Shown: positions 1-12,939 of the stretch, piece after piece | Layout of the letters: each line of letters opens with the position of its first letter | How positions within the stretch are numbered: the stretch's first letter is position 1 | Origin: Carcharhinus longimanus | Lineage: Eukaryota | Length of the DNA: 64,000 bases | Assembly (NCBI GenBank): GCA_030264375.1 | Contig: JASCQW010000099.1 | Coordinates: 42,132,826-42,196,825 of the forward strand | Reading direction: 5' to 3' | Made by a program: the position numbers and the translations under genes | The notes under the pieces: generated by a model | Database searches by the model: none | Told to the model about the DNA's origin: nothing | The model's input: the letters and a program-made list of their open reading frames with translations, nothing else

Positions 1-108
1 CATGTAGACAACATCCACTGCCCTACCCTCATCAATCATCTTCATCACTTCCTCAAAAAACTCGATCAAGTTAGTGAAACACGACCTCCCCTTTACAAAA
101 CCACGTTG
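1..108 (-). mobile_element. CR1 LINE RT fragment
   Basis: Minus strand encodes GFVKGRSCFTNLIEFFEEVMKMIDEGRAVDVVYM. Confidence 0.9.
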
Positions 109-785
109 CCTGGAAAACCAGAAGGCTGGTTTGTTTTTAGTATGGAAATTGGAGCCCAACAAAGAACATAAAGCCTCCGTTGCAATTTTGAGACAACTGG
201 ACAGCACATGCCAGCCAAAGAAACCAAAATTGGTAAGTTTAAATCGATTTTTATACGGCCAAGGACAGTAGAGTGCTCCATAAGAATAAAGTGTGCCAAA
301 ACCACATTACAGCGTCATCATATGACTCTAAACTTAGGTCCCTAAATATTGAAAAAAACTTAAATATTTCAATCAACCAAACATCTACAGCTATTTATGG
401 AGCAGGGTATCAGATTTTCACTATCCATTGTGTGAAAAAATTCATTCATTCTTAAATGGCCTATTTTTAAAATTATCCATCATTTTTCCTGCGTGGAATT
501 TGGGAGAGGTGCAGGATGAACCCAAGCTAGAAGTAATCTGTAGTACTGATGTATTTCCTCCTGGTTCTATGTAAGTTTATAATAGCTAATTAAACCACTG
601 CAGGTCCAGCATAAATGCTTAACAAAGCCAATACCCACAGTGGGGCAGGGAAAGTATCTGAATCCATCTCCTTGTTTGCTCTAAAAATCAATTCAATTTC
701 AAATTGAATCCAATTCACGGTACCCACAAGAGAGACATGCTACATCCAAGCTGACAAGGCAATACACCTGATCTTATGCTTGATC

Positions 786-821
786 CTACGCTTGATCTTA
801 GCCATAAAGCAGAGAAGCAAT
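786..821 (-). pseudogene. 5' fragment (nt 1-36) of U2 snRNA heading a short element that extends to about 620
   Basis: Minus strand ATTGCTTCTCTGCTTTATGGCTAAGATCAAGCGTAG versus U2 ATCGCTTCTCGGCCTTTTGGCTAAGATCAAGTGTAG (31/36). Followed by GATCAAGCATAA and GATCAGGTGTAT, then non-U2 sequence. Confidence 0.85.
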
Positions 822-864
822 TGCACCGGCAAAATAGGATCTATTGGAACTTTAATTCCCTGAT

Positions 865-1060
865 AAAAACAAAGTATTACGGATGCTGAAATCTGAAACA
901 AAAAAAGAAAATGTTGGAAAATGTCATCAGGAGAAAGAATAAAGCAAACATTTTAGTTTGGTCCTGATGAAGGGTAACCCAGACTCAAAACTTTAGTTCT
1001 ATTCTCTCTTCACAGATGCTATCAGACCTGCTGACATTTTCCAGCATTTTTAGTTTTTGA
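865..1060. mobile_element. Penelope-like terminal remnant (inverted-repeat mini element)
   Basis: GAAAATGTTGGAAAAT...CAGG arm and inverted CAGACCTGCTGACATTTTCCAGCATTTT arm; same family at 11325, 34440, 46300 and 58230. Confidence 0.6.
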
Positions 1061-1109
1061 TCTAATTCTCCAAATTGATCCACTATCTGGAAAGCACTCT
1101 GATCTGTCC

Positions 1110-1440
1110 TTTTTAGGCCCAAAATGAATAACCTCACACTTTCTTAGATTGAAATTGATCTGCCACAGTTTTGCCCATTCACCTATCAGTCCATCAATAT
1201 CCTTTTTTCATTTTATGCTATAACCTACACTGTTCACAATGCCGCCTAACATTGTGCCATCAACAAACTTAGATATATGACTTCTTATGCCATTATCCAA
1301 GTCGTGAATAAATAATGTGAACAATTGAGGCTCCACACTCGTCACATCCCGTTCATTTGAGTACCTATTCATTACCCTTACCTTCTGTCAGCAGCCACTC
1401 AACCAATTTTCCAGCCATGTCAGTAGGTTGCCCTCAACTT
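1110..1440 (-). mobile_element. Old CR1 LINE fragment
   Basis: Minus strand resembles the RT 'FINDLD...SKFVDGTMLGGIV' segment. Confidence 0.7.
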
Positions 1441-1689
1441 GATTTTCATTGAACTAAGTGATTGCAGAACAAACAACATTCACAAGCTTTCTTGTTGAAT
1501 GTGAATTTTTATCTTGAGTAAATAAGATGTTAACATAAACTCCAAAATACAAGTGAATTACATGAAGGAAGAACTTGTGCGGTTGATTTTCCCAGCCTGC
1601 TGCATTAGTCAAGCAGCTCAGCAGGCCAGGAAATGCAAGCAGGAAGGCTGAAGCAGGATTGGTGACTAGCATCCAGTCAATTGTGAATT

Positions 1690-2350
1690 CCCTAGGCTAT
1701 TTTTATGATGTAATCAGCCTTGCACCGGAAAACAGTGTGAGGCTGATTACAACATTTAAACCTTCATTTCCATGTCATTATCGAGCTCGGGACGTTACCG
1801 TCTGGGCTCGCTAATGTTTCCCACTCCTCCAAGGGAGGTTCCCATCAGCGGGGATTAAAGCTGGTTCTCATTAATGGGGTCCAGGCGTGATGGCCTCGCT
1901 GATAAGGGCAGAGGCAAATGAGGCCTTTGGGGGTACTCCTTGGGCTTTACCAGCCTGGGACTCCCAGCCCAGCACTGTAGTGCCCAGTGGGCACACTGGC
2001 ACTGCCCAAACGTCCTGGCCCTGCCAGATCAGGGGCAGGCTGACTGGTGGTGCTGGGTGGGGGTGGGGAGGAAGGGGACGGCTAGGACAGGACTGCTGCG
2101 CACTCTGCCACAGCGATCAGTGAAGCACGCAGGGAAGGGGTGATTGGGGATAGCCAAGGATAGGAATGGTCGGGCAAACCATCAGGAGGCCGGTGATCGG
2201 GAAGCTGGCGATGAGGGGCAGTCAGCGCACATGTGCTCATTTGGAGACTGGCGCATGCACAATGGCCTGCTTAGCAAGCCGATGCCAGGCTCTCGGGGGA
2301 ATTAGGCTCAGCCACCCTTTTACTGGCATGAATTCCTGGTAAATTCTGTG
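1690..2350. mobile_element. Non-autonomous DNA transposon (probably Harbinger-related)
   Basis: GC-rich, CpG-containing, non-coding; shares motifs (GCGCATG, ACTGGCACTGCC, GTAAATT end) with 36530-37520 and 44138-44857. Confidence 0.5.
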
Positions 2351-2509
2351 ATGCACAAAGTGCCAAAGTTGAACTGAGTAAGTGCACCCAAAAATCAGGC
2401 TGGAATATCTCCTGTTGGGCACTTAAGTTTTTGTTTTGGAAAATCGTCCCCATGGTTGCATTTGCAGGACATAGAAACCTAGGGTTGATAATGTTGGAGG
2501 TGATGGGTG

Positions 2510-2930
2510 CCAATAATGTTAGCTACAAAGCAGAGGAAGCCCCACTTACTGCTCTTTTGGGAAGACCCATCGCACCTGATGCCACTCAGTGGTGAGCCTC
2601 CTAGTGAAAGAGTCCACAAGTGATATGGGGTAGAAGGGAATCGATGTATTGGATCTCTGTTGTATTCTCTTCTCAGTTAATTATGTGAAAAAATCTAGGC
2701 CAACATGTCACTACCTGAAGAAGAGCAGAGAGTTCTCCAAATATCCTGTTTAAAACAACTGCCTCAATCATCAGTAACCAGAGTATCTCATTGTTTCTTT
2801 AATATTTGGGCAACCTTGCTGGGCACAAAGCATCTACTAGAAATTGCCTACTATGATTAAACTTAATAGTGATCAGTTGTTTTAAATTGCTTTGTAATGT
2901 ATTGAGATTTACTGCATTTTTTAAAAAGAC
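2510..2930 (+). mobile_element. Ancient Deu-domain SINE remnant
   Basis: CACTACCTGAAGAAGAGCAGAGAGTTCTCC ... ACCTTGCTGGGCACAAA resembles the Deu domain of SacSINE1/AmnSINE1. Confidence 0.55.
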
Positions 2931-4450
2931 ACTTATAACTACATCACAAAAGGACAAATGCACAGCACTTTAGCTATTACTTATTTACTTATCTAAAGGG
3001 ACGGACATGTTTATCAGAACATTCTGTATTGCCCCCACTGAAATGCATTTACTGAGTTATCCATGTAAAATTATCAACACACCAAACAAGTGGCCATGAA
3101 ATCTGAGTCCATAACAGTTGCCCAAAACTCTAAAAATTATAACTTCCAACCACAACAGAGAACGTACCCTAGCTATAAGGGAGTTAGTGAGGGCCTGCAG
3201 TTTTTCCACTGGAAGTGTGCAGAGTGGGCAAATTGTGATGTCAAACAGTGTCTAATGTTAATTTGTCTCTTACCTTACATCTGCAAATCAGGTTGAAGAA
3301 GATCACTGGTATTCTTTTGTTTTGCTCTTTCACATTGCTGGCTATGCCAGCATTTATTGCACATTCTTATTTAAGTGGTGGCAGTGAGATGCTAGGTACG
3401 ACCTTGCAACCTATTCCCGCTTAATCGGCAAGATGAGGTGGTATGATTGTGTGAGAGACAAAAAAAAATCAGAAACATGCCTGGTTGCTCATCTCCCCAG
3501 AATATACCAGCCCTGTTTTGCCAGTGAAATCAGCTTCATGCCCAAAAAGGCAGGAAGCCAATTTCAATATTAATGACATGTTTTGCATATCTTTAGTGAA
3601 CCCCAGACAGTATCTCCCAAATGCACTTGAACTTAACTGTTTGCCAGTCAAGCTTCTCAATGGCGAGAAACACAGCTGGGACTAGATGTGGTGGTGTGGA
3701 GTGGGGCGGGGAGGGGGGGGGATGGAACCCTGCAGTCAGGGGTGGTCAGAAAGGGAAGGTGGGGGAAGCTCTGCAGGGATGGAGATTGGTGGCGGAGGGA
3801 GAGTGGTGGTCCCGAGGTCCATTGAGGCAGGAGATCTCCCAGTACACTGGGAGATCAGGCCACCTGAGCAATGCCACCCAAGGAGCTCAGCAGGCAAGGA
3901 GGAAGGGGCCACAACTCAGGAACAGGGGAGAGGACTCTCTAAAATTGCACAAGTAGGTCTTACAGGAAATGCATTAACACAAATCTCACAAGGCGCAACA
4001 AGATTACAGGCCCTGTAAATTTCCCGACGTTAAAGTGAAACGACGTAAAATTGGGCAATGCTAAATGAGGATTAGTGCGTATCAAACACACAGATAAGAG
4101 TTGTAGTTTTGTCTTTGGTCTGCATCAACTAAGAGGTAAAGAGCATGAAGATAGAAATAGCTTGGCCTTAGGCAGTGAAAATACTGATTCTATTGTTTAC
4201 CATGCAGAATGCATGTGGGAGTTCATGCTCAGATTAAGATGTTAAGAGAGGCTGAAGGTTTACTTAGCTTGGAGATAGAAGAGGAAATCTACAGTGTAAT
4301 CCTCACAGTGAGAAATGTTCTGGGATTAGAAGTTACCCAGTAAGGAAGTAGAAAAGAAGCAACCCACTGGAAACTGAATTAGTTAATGTGTAACATAATT
4401 ACAATATTTTGGTTTAAGGATGACTGGCAAATAGATGCATTAAAATTCTA

Positions 4451-4786
<336 letters not shown>

Positions 4787-4903
4787 TCACAATTATTAAG
4801 ATGAATATGAGAAAGAAACAGTTACAGATTGAAAACAATAACTTGCTGAGATGTTTTGCGAGTGTTCAAAAGGTAATCAAGTCACATTCTAGAGCACATG
4901 TCA

Positions 4904-5071
<168 letters not shown>

Positions 5072-6409
5072 CTAGCAAGATTTAAAAAATTAAATTGAAT
5101 AGGCAATTTATGTAATTGATACTTTAAACTGGAATGTCACAGCACTTCACTGGACACTGGGGTAAATTCCTGCAATACTCTAAAAGAACACAGGTTGGAG
5201 ATTTGACCACATTAAAACATCAATCCTTTGCTATTCCCCACAAACTCTATAGTCCTAGACAAATTAGCTTATCCTACAAATTCATATAGTAAGTGATGAT
5301 TANNNNNNNNNNNNNNNNNNNNNNNNNNNNNNNNNNNNNNNNNNNNNNNNNNNNNNNNNNNNNNNNNNNNNNNNNNNNNNNNNNNNNNNNNNNNNNNNNN
5401 NNAGCAAAAACACTTAGAATTCAACCATTTAAAAGAATATTTTTGTAGTTGAAACTTAGATAATTTAAATTGCCATTCTCTGCTTTTACAGTATTAGATA
5501 ATCTTTAACAACAATAAAAACATGAATCTGTAAAATATTGAAATGATGAGAGGTATCAGAATTTCAAAGATGAGAAAGTGGCATGGTTAAAAACTGCAGA
5601 ATTATCAAAAATGAAATTCAATATGGACAGCTCCTAAAACAAGAGTAAAGAAAACAAAGGAGAATTAAGTGGAATAGGAATACAAAACGAGTCCTAAAGA
5701 AAAACCCAGAAAAAAATTAATGAAATAGTTCAGATTAAAAAAGTGCCTGATGTCAAATATACATGAAGATCAACAGTTGAAAGACATCAAGTCTAAGCAA
5801 GCAATTGTTGAAGCAATCAGATGCTGAAGCCCTGAAAAAAGTGAAATTGTCAGCCTTCCATTGAAATGAGTAACAAAGGAAATTCTTCATACAGTGGACA
5901 GAATTTCAGTAATCCAATGGAGGTCGACTTGAAGACAGGACTAGGTGGAAACTCTGATATGATAGAATGGATCAGCGCTCCACAAGTTCCCACCTCCTGG
6001 CAATCTTCCAGAGGTGGGTCATCAAAGATAGCAGTTACCCACTTAGCATGTGATGGGCAGCCGATTTGAATAATTAAGTGCCCCATTGCAGATAGATTGG
6101 AGACACCATCGGGATCTTTGCAACTGCAACCAGGCTACCCAGTGAGGACATAGCCCTGCTGCAGGTTGCAAGAGGGGTCTGCTGGCAGCAAGGTCTGTTT
6201 CAGAACAGTTGCACAGGATTAGCCTGATATCTGCAGCACAGTTTCATCTAAAGGAAGTTAACACCTTTCAAAAAGTGCCTCAAGATGGAGATCCCTCCTG
6301 GTTCCCCTCCTGCACCAGCAGTGCACCCCTCATTTCAAGTCTGCAGGCCTATGGATTAGGCCTCCAGTTTCAGCAAGAGCATGCCCTACACCCCGGAAGC
6401 CTCAGATGA

Positions 6410-7665
6410 ACCTGTATCTGAGGTCACTATTGCCGATGTCAGAGCAGCCTTCTCAAAGGTCAACCGATGGAAAATGACTGGCCCGGATGGGATACACAGA
6501 TGAGCACTCAGATCCTGCATGGATCAGCTGGCAGGGGTATTCGCAGACATCTTCAACTTCTCTTTACAACAATCTGAGATCCCTATCTGCTTCAAGAAGA
6601 TGACCATCATCCCGGTACCAACGAAAAGCCACGCAGCATGCCTTAATGACTATTGCTCAGTGGCTCTGACATCCACTATTATGAAGTGCTTCGAAAGGTT
6701 ATTCATGGCACAAATCAATTCCAGGCTCCCAGATTGTCTGGATCTACTACAGTTTGCCTACCGCTGCAACAGTCCATCTCCTTGACCCTGCATTCAATCC
6801 TGGAACACCAAGATAACAAAGACAGCTATGTCAGTTTCCTATTTCTTGACTGCAGCTGAGCCTTCAACACTATTATTCCTATGAAACTCATCTCCAAACT
6901 CCGTGGCTTGGGTCTCAGTTCCTCCCTCTGTGAATGGACCCTGAACTTCCTAACCACAGGCCACAATCGGCAACAACACCTCCTCCACAATCATCCTCAA
7001 CACCGGTGCCCCACAAAGTTGTGTCCTCAGCCCCCTACTATATTCCTTATACACCACTGTGTGGCCAAATCCCTCTCCAACTTGATTTTCAAGTTTGCTG
7101 ATGACACCACCATAGTGGGTCAGATCTCAAATAATGACAAGACAGAGTACAGAAACGAGATATAGAATCTGGTGAACTGGTGCAACACCAATGTCTTTCC
7201 CTCAATGTCAACAAAATGAAAAAGATTGTCATCGACTTCAGGAAGCGTAGTATAGAAAGTGCCCCTGTCTAAGTTAATGGGAATGAAGTAGAAATGGTCA
7301 AGAGCTTCACATTTTTAGGTGTCCAGATTACCAACAACCTGTCTTGGTCCCCACCATGCTGACACTATAGTTAAGAAAGCCCACTAATGCATCTACTTTC
7401 TCAGAAGACTAAGGAAATTTGGCAAGTCAACTACGACTCTCACCAACTTTAACAGATGCACCAGAGAAAGCATTCTTTCTGGTTGTATCACAGCTTGATA
7501 TGGCTCCTGCTCTGCCCAAGGCCACAAGAAATTACAAAAGGTTGTGAACGTAGCCCAATCCATCACGCAAACCAGCCTCCCATCCATTCACTCTGTTTAC
7601 GCTTCCAGCTGCGTCAGCAAAGCAGCCAGCATAATTAAGGACCACATGCACCCCGGATATACCCG
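6410..7665 (+). mobile_element. Rex1/Babar-clade LINE, truncated and frameshifted
   Basis: DQLAGVFADIFNFSLQQSEIPICFKKMTIIPVP...LNDY.SVALTSTIMKCFERL; GAPQSCVLSPLL; FKFADDTTIVGQISNND. Confidence 0.9.
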
Positions 7666-9074
7666 GGCAGAAATGGTTTCACCCCATGATACTTTTTTAA
7701 AGCGCATAAGAATCTGCCCATTGTTCATACTTCCCCAGACCACGACCTCTTCCCTGGCAGAGCAGAAAAAGTGGACATATCACTAACAGACAGTATGACT
7801 TGGTTAGATTCAGCTCTCCCATCACCGTATAAAAATTCTAGTCCGTTCACTGCTGACAGCATCTGCAACCCAGCTTTTAGTCACAGCCTGTAGTTCCACC
7901 TTCATCTCATTTCCTTTATATATTTCTCCCAACTGTAATTGCCAAGAAAAACAACTGATCTTCCCATTGCCTCATACTGACCTTTCACAATTGTTGATTA
8001 TCCAGTGGTTCAATGCCAGTCACCCCCCACCCTCCCCTTTGTGCCCCCTCCCCCATCTTACTGACTAGCACAAATNNNNNNNNNNGCTTCCTCAACTCTC
8101 TTATTGGTTGAATTTTCCAGTCGCTGGCACTTTGACCCCATCCTCACCCTCCTGTGCTCCCTTTTCATTCCGCCATTCATTTCCTCTTCTATTCTCACTT
8201 TTGCTTTCCCAAGCACCTTTCCATTTTGCCTTTCACCTCTCATAGTAAGTGTCAATTTATAACCTCTGTATACATAGTTATTTTGGACATGCAAAGTTTA
8301 CTAATGCAACAAAAGTAGCGCACCTAGGAACAAAAAAAAGGACTGTGAAATATTTCAAGCAGACATAGTTTAATGGAATGGCAGACAGGTGTCAATGCTG
8401 AGATGATATTTTTAGGATTTTATGAGCACTGAACCTTGGTCCTGTTGAAAAATGGTGGGTAATCTGTGATCAGGGGCATATAGGTCTCCAATAACACAAA
8501 GAAGGAGATTTTAGCCATGCAGTATTTCTGTGAGCAGAATTTAACAGCCTTGAAGATTAGGAGAATGAAAAGCAAAATGGCCATATTTGGTACTTGCCAG
8601 CTTTCATTTCTGATCAATTGGCAGCTCATAATGCACCCCAGATATATCTCCCTCAATTTATCACTATTAACAAATATTTTCACCTTCATGTTTTTCCTTG
8701 AAACAATTACCCATGATTTTGTTTGGGGCACAATTGCGCAGGTGCATCAGTGAACTGGGAGAAGTCCTGTCACCAACCCTCCACAATCCTCACATGCCAA
8801 CGAGCTTCGCCGCTGTGGCTATTCCACCAAATCATCAGTGCCATTGTGAATCCCCCATGGAAACACAAGTTGCTGACATCAGAACACTCCCAATGAGTCC
8901 CTCATCATGACCCCTTCTGCAGTCCACCCTGCACGACCTCCGTGCTGATCTCCCCCCACAAACCTCCTGCCAATNNNNNNNNNNNNNNNNNNNNNNNNNN
9001 NNNNNNNNNNNNNNNNNNNNNNNNNNNNNNNNNNNNNNNNNNNNNNNNNNNNNNNNNNNNNNNNNNNNNNNNNN

Positions 9075-9221
9075 CTACTTTTGCTACCTAAATGGATAAC
9101 CTTACATTTATCCACATTATACTGCATCTGCCCACACATTCGGCCTGTCCAAATCACACTGAAGCATCTCTGCATGTTCCCTCCCACCCAACTTTGCATC
9201 ATCTGAAAATTTGGAGATAAT
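9075..9221 (-). mobile_element. CR1 LINE, left part (continues at 14793)
   Basis: QMQYNVDKCKVIHLGSK; ends ...AAATTTGGAGATAAT, collinear with AATACATT at 14793. Confidence 0.85.
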
Positions 9222-9289
9222 GTCCAAAGTGCTCCAAAAAAATATTCTAAGTTCACAATTCATGTGAAAAAAGGAGTAACTCCCACCAA

Positions 9290-10085
9290 TTTTTTTTAAA
9301 ATCAGATTTCCAGAAAGAATCTCTAACTCAGGACAAAGTAAAAGGGCAGCTCTCCAAAAGGAAGGGCAACAGCCCGAACAAAATCAAAATGCAAAGGAAA
9401 CTTGAAAACAACAAATTAAGATGTGATTATTGGGGTCAATAATGCACCCCAGCCCCTGTGGAAGGCGTCAACTGCGCCTGTGGACACCGCATGCTCCCAC
9501 TCTAAGGGTAGCTGACCGCGAATGTAGCCGCAGTGGGAAGGCAGACAGTCAGGATGGATGGCCCCCTCAATCACCCGCTGCCTGGACCTGTAAATGGCGC
9601 TTTTTGCCAGGCCCAGAAGCAGGTTCACGAGAAGGTCGCCATCCCAACCCAGCCCTCTCCGCACCAGGTGTCTAGATCAGGAGCGTGGGACTGAAGTGAA
9701 AACAAAACATTAATAAAACGTTCTTCAGAAAAACGAAAAGGGAGTGTAACCTAAGACACGAAACATAGACATGGTCCACAGACTCCACAAGGCCATAGAA
9801 GAGGCAAGCTTCAGAGCCTGTGAACCAGTGAATTCTACGGTTGTGCGGAACTGCTGCATGCATCACCCTTCACCCCAGGTCCCCGAAGTAACTGGGGGAG
9901 ATCCCTCCATGAACAGACCTCCACCGGGGACCTCTGCCCCCCGACGGCAACAAGGCCCGCCAAGATGTATCCGGGCTACAGGCGAGGATGCGATAGTGGA
10001 AGGTGTGCAGCAGTAGCCCATACGGGAAACGCCTCCACGCGGTGGAAAAAGGCACGAAGGCGGCTCATGCTGTGGGGTTTTTTTC
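9290..10085 (-). mobile_element. Tx1/L1-clade LINE 3' fragment nested in the Harbinger
   Basis: GDLG.RVMHAAVPHNRRIHWFTGSEACLFYGLVESVDHVYVSCLRL (zf-RVT-like) and DLLVNLLLGLAKSAIYRSR; A-rich 3' end at about 9290. Confidence 0.85.
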
Positions 10086-12150
10086 TGCATCTGTAGGTGC
10101 CCATGCAGTGGCACATCGGACCGGCGACCAAGGCTGCAAAAAGATGAATGACCTTCTTTGGGCAGCAAGGGTGTACATATCTCATTCTGAAACCAGATAC
10201 ATGAACTGCGCTTATAATGCAAAATCATCCCCAGATACCCCAAGGATTTCCAATAATGCCCCCCCCACCTTGCACTCCTGCAGCACTGCCTTCAGCCCTT
10301 GTGGCACCTTCCCAATCAGCACCCCACATTGAGGAGACATTGCCCGGATACAGCCCACTTGAGCACCCCTACCTCCAACACATATTACACCCTGTGCCCT
10401 TCCATACATCATGCTTTCCATCCTCCCTATGTCACCATAGGAGAAAACCACACATAACTGCGCAGAAAGAAAACTGGTGGTGGTGTCCCCAAGCTGTGCC
10501 TGCTCATGCAGTTTGAGCAATGCACCCTGGAGCTGGCAGAAGAAGCAGAGCAGAGAATGGTCACTGACAACTGGGTCAACATCCAGCGTGCAAGCAAGCA
10601 TCAGCTGGACCCTATTCCTCGGGTCTTTTATGAAGGGCCATGTTGCATGGGCTGTTTTCCTCTCTTCCACTAATGTGTCCTTCCTTACAGGAGATGATTC
10701 TGATGCTCAAGGCTCTTCTGGTATAGCCCCCCCACCCACTCACCCCATGCTGAGACTCCCAGGCTACCTCAGATGACACTCAGAGGGAAGCCACTAGGAA
10801 TCCTTTGAGGACGGCAAAGGCAACAATGACACAAAACACCAACACATCGATCATCACAGCGGTGAGGCATGCTAATGATGAGGCTTCTGGGTCACTTACT
10901 GGTGAGCACTTCACAGTCGCTGATACACAGAGGTGGTGCGCAGGAACATCCGAGGGCTTGGGCATACGGAAGTCTGCTGGAGGCGAGGATTTAACAGGCC
11001 CTTGATCATCCCAAAGCTGGTGGAGATGCCAGGTGGTGGTGTTTGACCAGGACAATTGTGGATGGGCTGTCTGCAACCATGCTGCAACTGCAAGGCTTTT
11101 TTGAGAAATCAAATAGAGTGCTGTTGCAAGAGGTGGCACCAGCACAGCATGGTAACCAGGCCAATATTGCAAGGGTGGCACCAGCAGTAGAAAATCTAGG
11201 TCAGGGATTTGTCTTCATGAGTGACAGGTACAGGCCATTGTGGGGACACATCAGGCCATAGCCAAGGATGTCACTGGCATTCTGGAGGCATATTGGGCCA
11301 AGGCAATGGGTGTTGGAGACATCCAAAAGAGAAAATGCTGGAAAATCTCAGCAGGTCTGGCAGCATTTGTAAGGAAAAAAGAGCTGATGTTTTGAGTCCA
11401 GATGACCCTTTGTCAAAGCTCCTTACAGATGCTGTCAGGCCTACTAAGGTTTTCCAGCATTTCTCTTTTGGTTTCAGATTCCAGCATCCACGGTAATTTG
11501 CTTCTATCTGGTGTTGAAGGTATGTTGAAGACATAGCTGGCTATGGCTGGGTTTGCTTGTAGGGATTCTGGAGACACAGCAGACCCTCTCTGTGGGCCTC
11601 AATAACTTGGTCCACTCTCACAGAGCTAATGCTGAGGAGCTCCAGTGCTTGGCTCGCTCACAGAATGCTGTAGCGGAAGGGCTCCAGAGCTTAGTCCAGT
11701 CTCAGATAACCAGGGCTGAGGGATCACAGAGCATGGGGCAGCCACATTTCGGCCTCAAGGACCGGCAGAACCAGGTGATGCCGAGATTTGTAGAACTCAG
11801 TCCAGCTGCCCATGGAGTGTTCCCATGGCCCATGGGCACCCCGAGGGAGGAGGAAGGGTTAGAGCCCATACCAGGGCCTTCCACCCAGAAGACTCTGGAC
11901 ATCTTATGACTTTTCAAGTCCCCCCCTTCCTCACACCAGGGCATCTCAAGGCCAACTGGATGAACCGGGTGCTACAAAAACATCAGTGTCATCTGCAAGT
12001 CAGCTGGGGCCCTCCAAGTCTCAGCCACTAAGGGGACGCTTGCCAAGGGCAACAGGTGCAGATCACAGCTGGGCACTTCCACCTCTGATGTGCATCCTGG
12101 GGGAGCACCTAGGCATAGCAGTAGACCATATAAGATAAGAAAGTTCTAGG
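10086..12150 (+). pseudogene. Harbinger Myb/SANT-like (NAIF1-like) gene remnant with introns
   Basis: AHRTGDQGCKKMNDLLWAARV; acceptor CCATAG|GAGAAAACC (10441) gives EKTTHNCAERK..GGGVP; a further acceptor CCTTACAG|GAG at about 10690. Confidence 0.7.
11325..11510. mobile_element. Penelope-like palindromic mini element nested in the Harbinger
   Basis: CAAAAGAGAAAATGCTGGAAAATCTCAGCAGGTCTGGCAGCATTTGTAAGGA ... TCCTTACAGATGCTGTCAGGCCTACTAAGGTTTTCCAGCATTTCTCTTTTG, inverted arms of about 50 bp. Confidence 0.7.
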
Positions 12151-12939
12151 GTCACTAAGAGGGCACAGGTGAAGATCAGCAATAGTCAAGGTTAAGATTT
12201 CTGTTAAGATCACCATTAAATGTTTTGCTGTGACTAATCTATCTCTGATTCTTGTCCCACAGGACTGAGTGTACCCTGATGCCACGCATCAAGGCACAAA
12301 CTGCAGTGCTGCGAGATATCGGCCCCTCGGCCAGAAGTTACAGACCGCTTGCCTTATTTTCCCCAGCATCCATCGGACCCTTTGTCAAACACCACCACCT
12401 GGCATCTATACTACATCCTCCCCATCTAACCCACCCTAACCTTCCAACCCATTGGCCCACAAATATGTTCAAAACCCTTATCCTACGTGGGCCCAGGTGC
12501 CAGTGTGCAGTCAGAGAACAGGTAGGAGTAGGACTTGTGTGGCACCAGGGCAAGATCCCAGTGTGCCTTACAGCAAGTCATCATCACCCTCCAGTCTTTG
12601 ATTCAAGACTCGCTAGCACGGCCAGCCCAGTCCCATTACTCTGCTGTGATGTGACTTGGAACCAGATGGGGAGGGGATAGGTGGGGGAGATAGGTGGGGG
12701 AGGTTGGGGTGAAAGAGGGTGGGGTTGTGGGCTGAAGGGATGGGGAAGGCTCAAGGGGGATTGAGGGGGCAGCTTGGGATTGTGGGAGAGGGTTTGCTGT
12801 AGCATCTCCTGGGGTGTGGTGGTAGCAGCCGCCAAACTGCAAGGCAGCAACTAGGGGAACCCTGCTGCAATTAAGCATCCCCTGCTGCCCTGCCTTGCTG
12901 ATTCTTACTATCGCCGTCTATCTTCCATCCTCCTACTCC

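Noticed and set aside
5500-5930. A-rich, coding-looking stretch
   Set aside because: Multiple stops and no recognisable motif; possibly an old TE, but unsupported.
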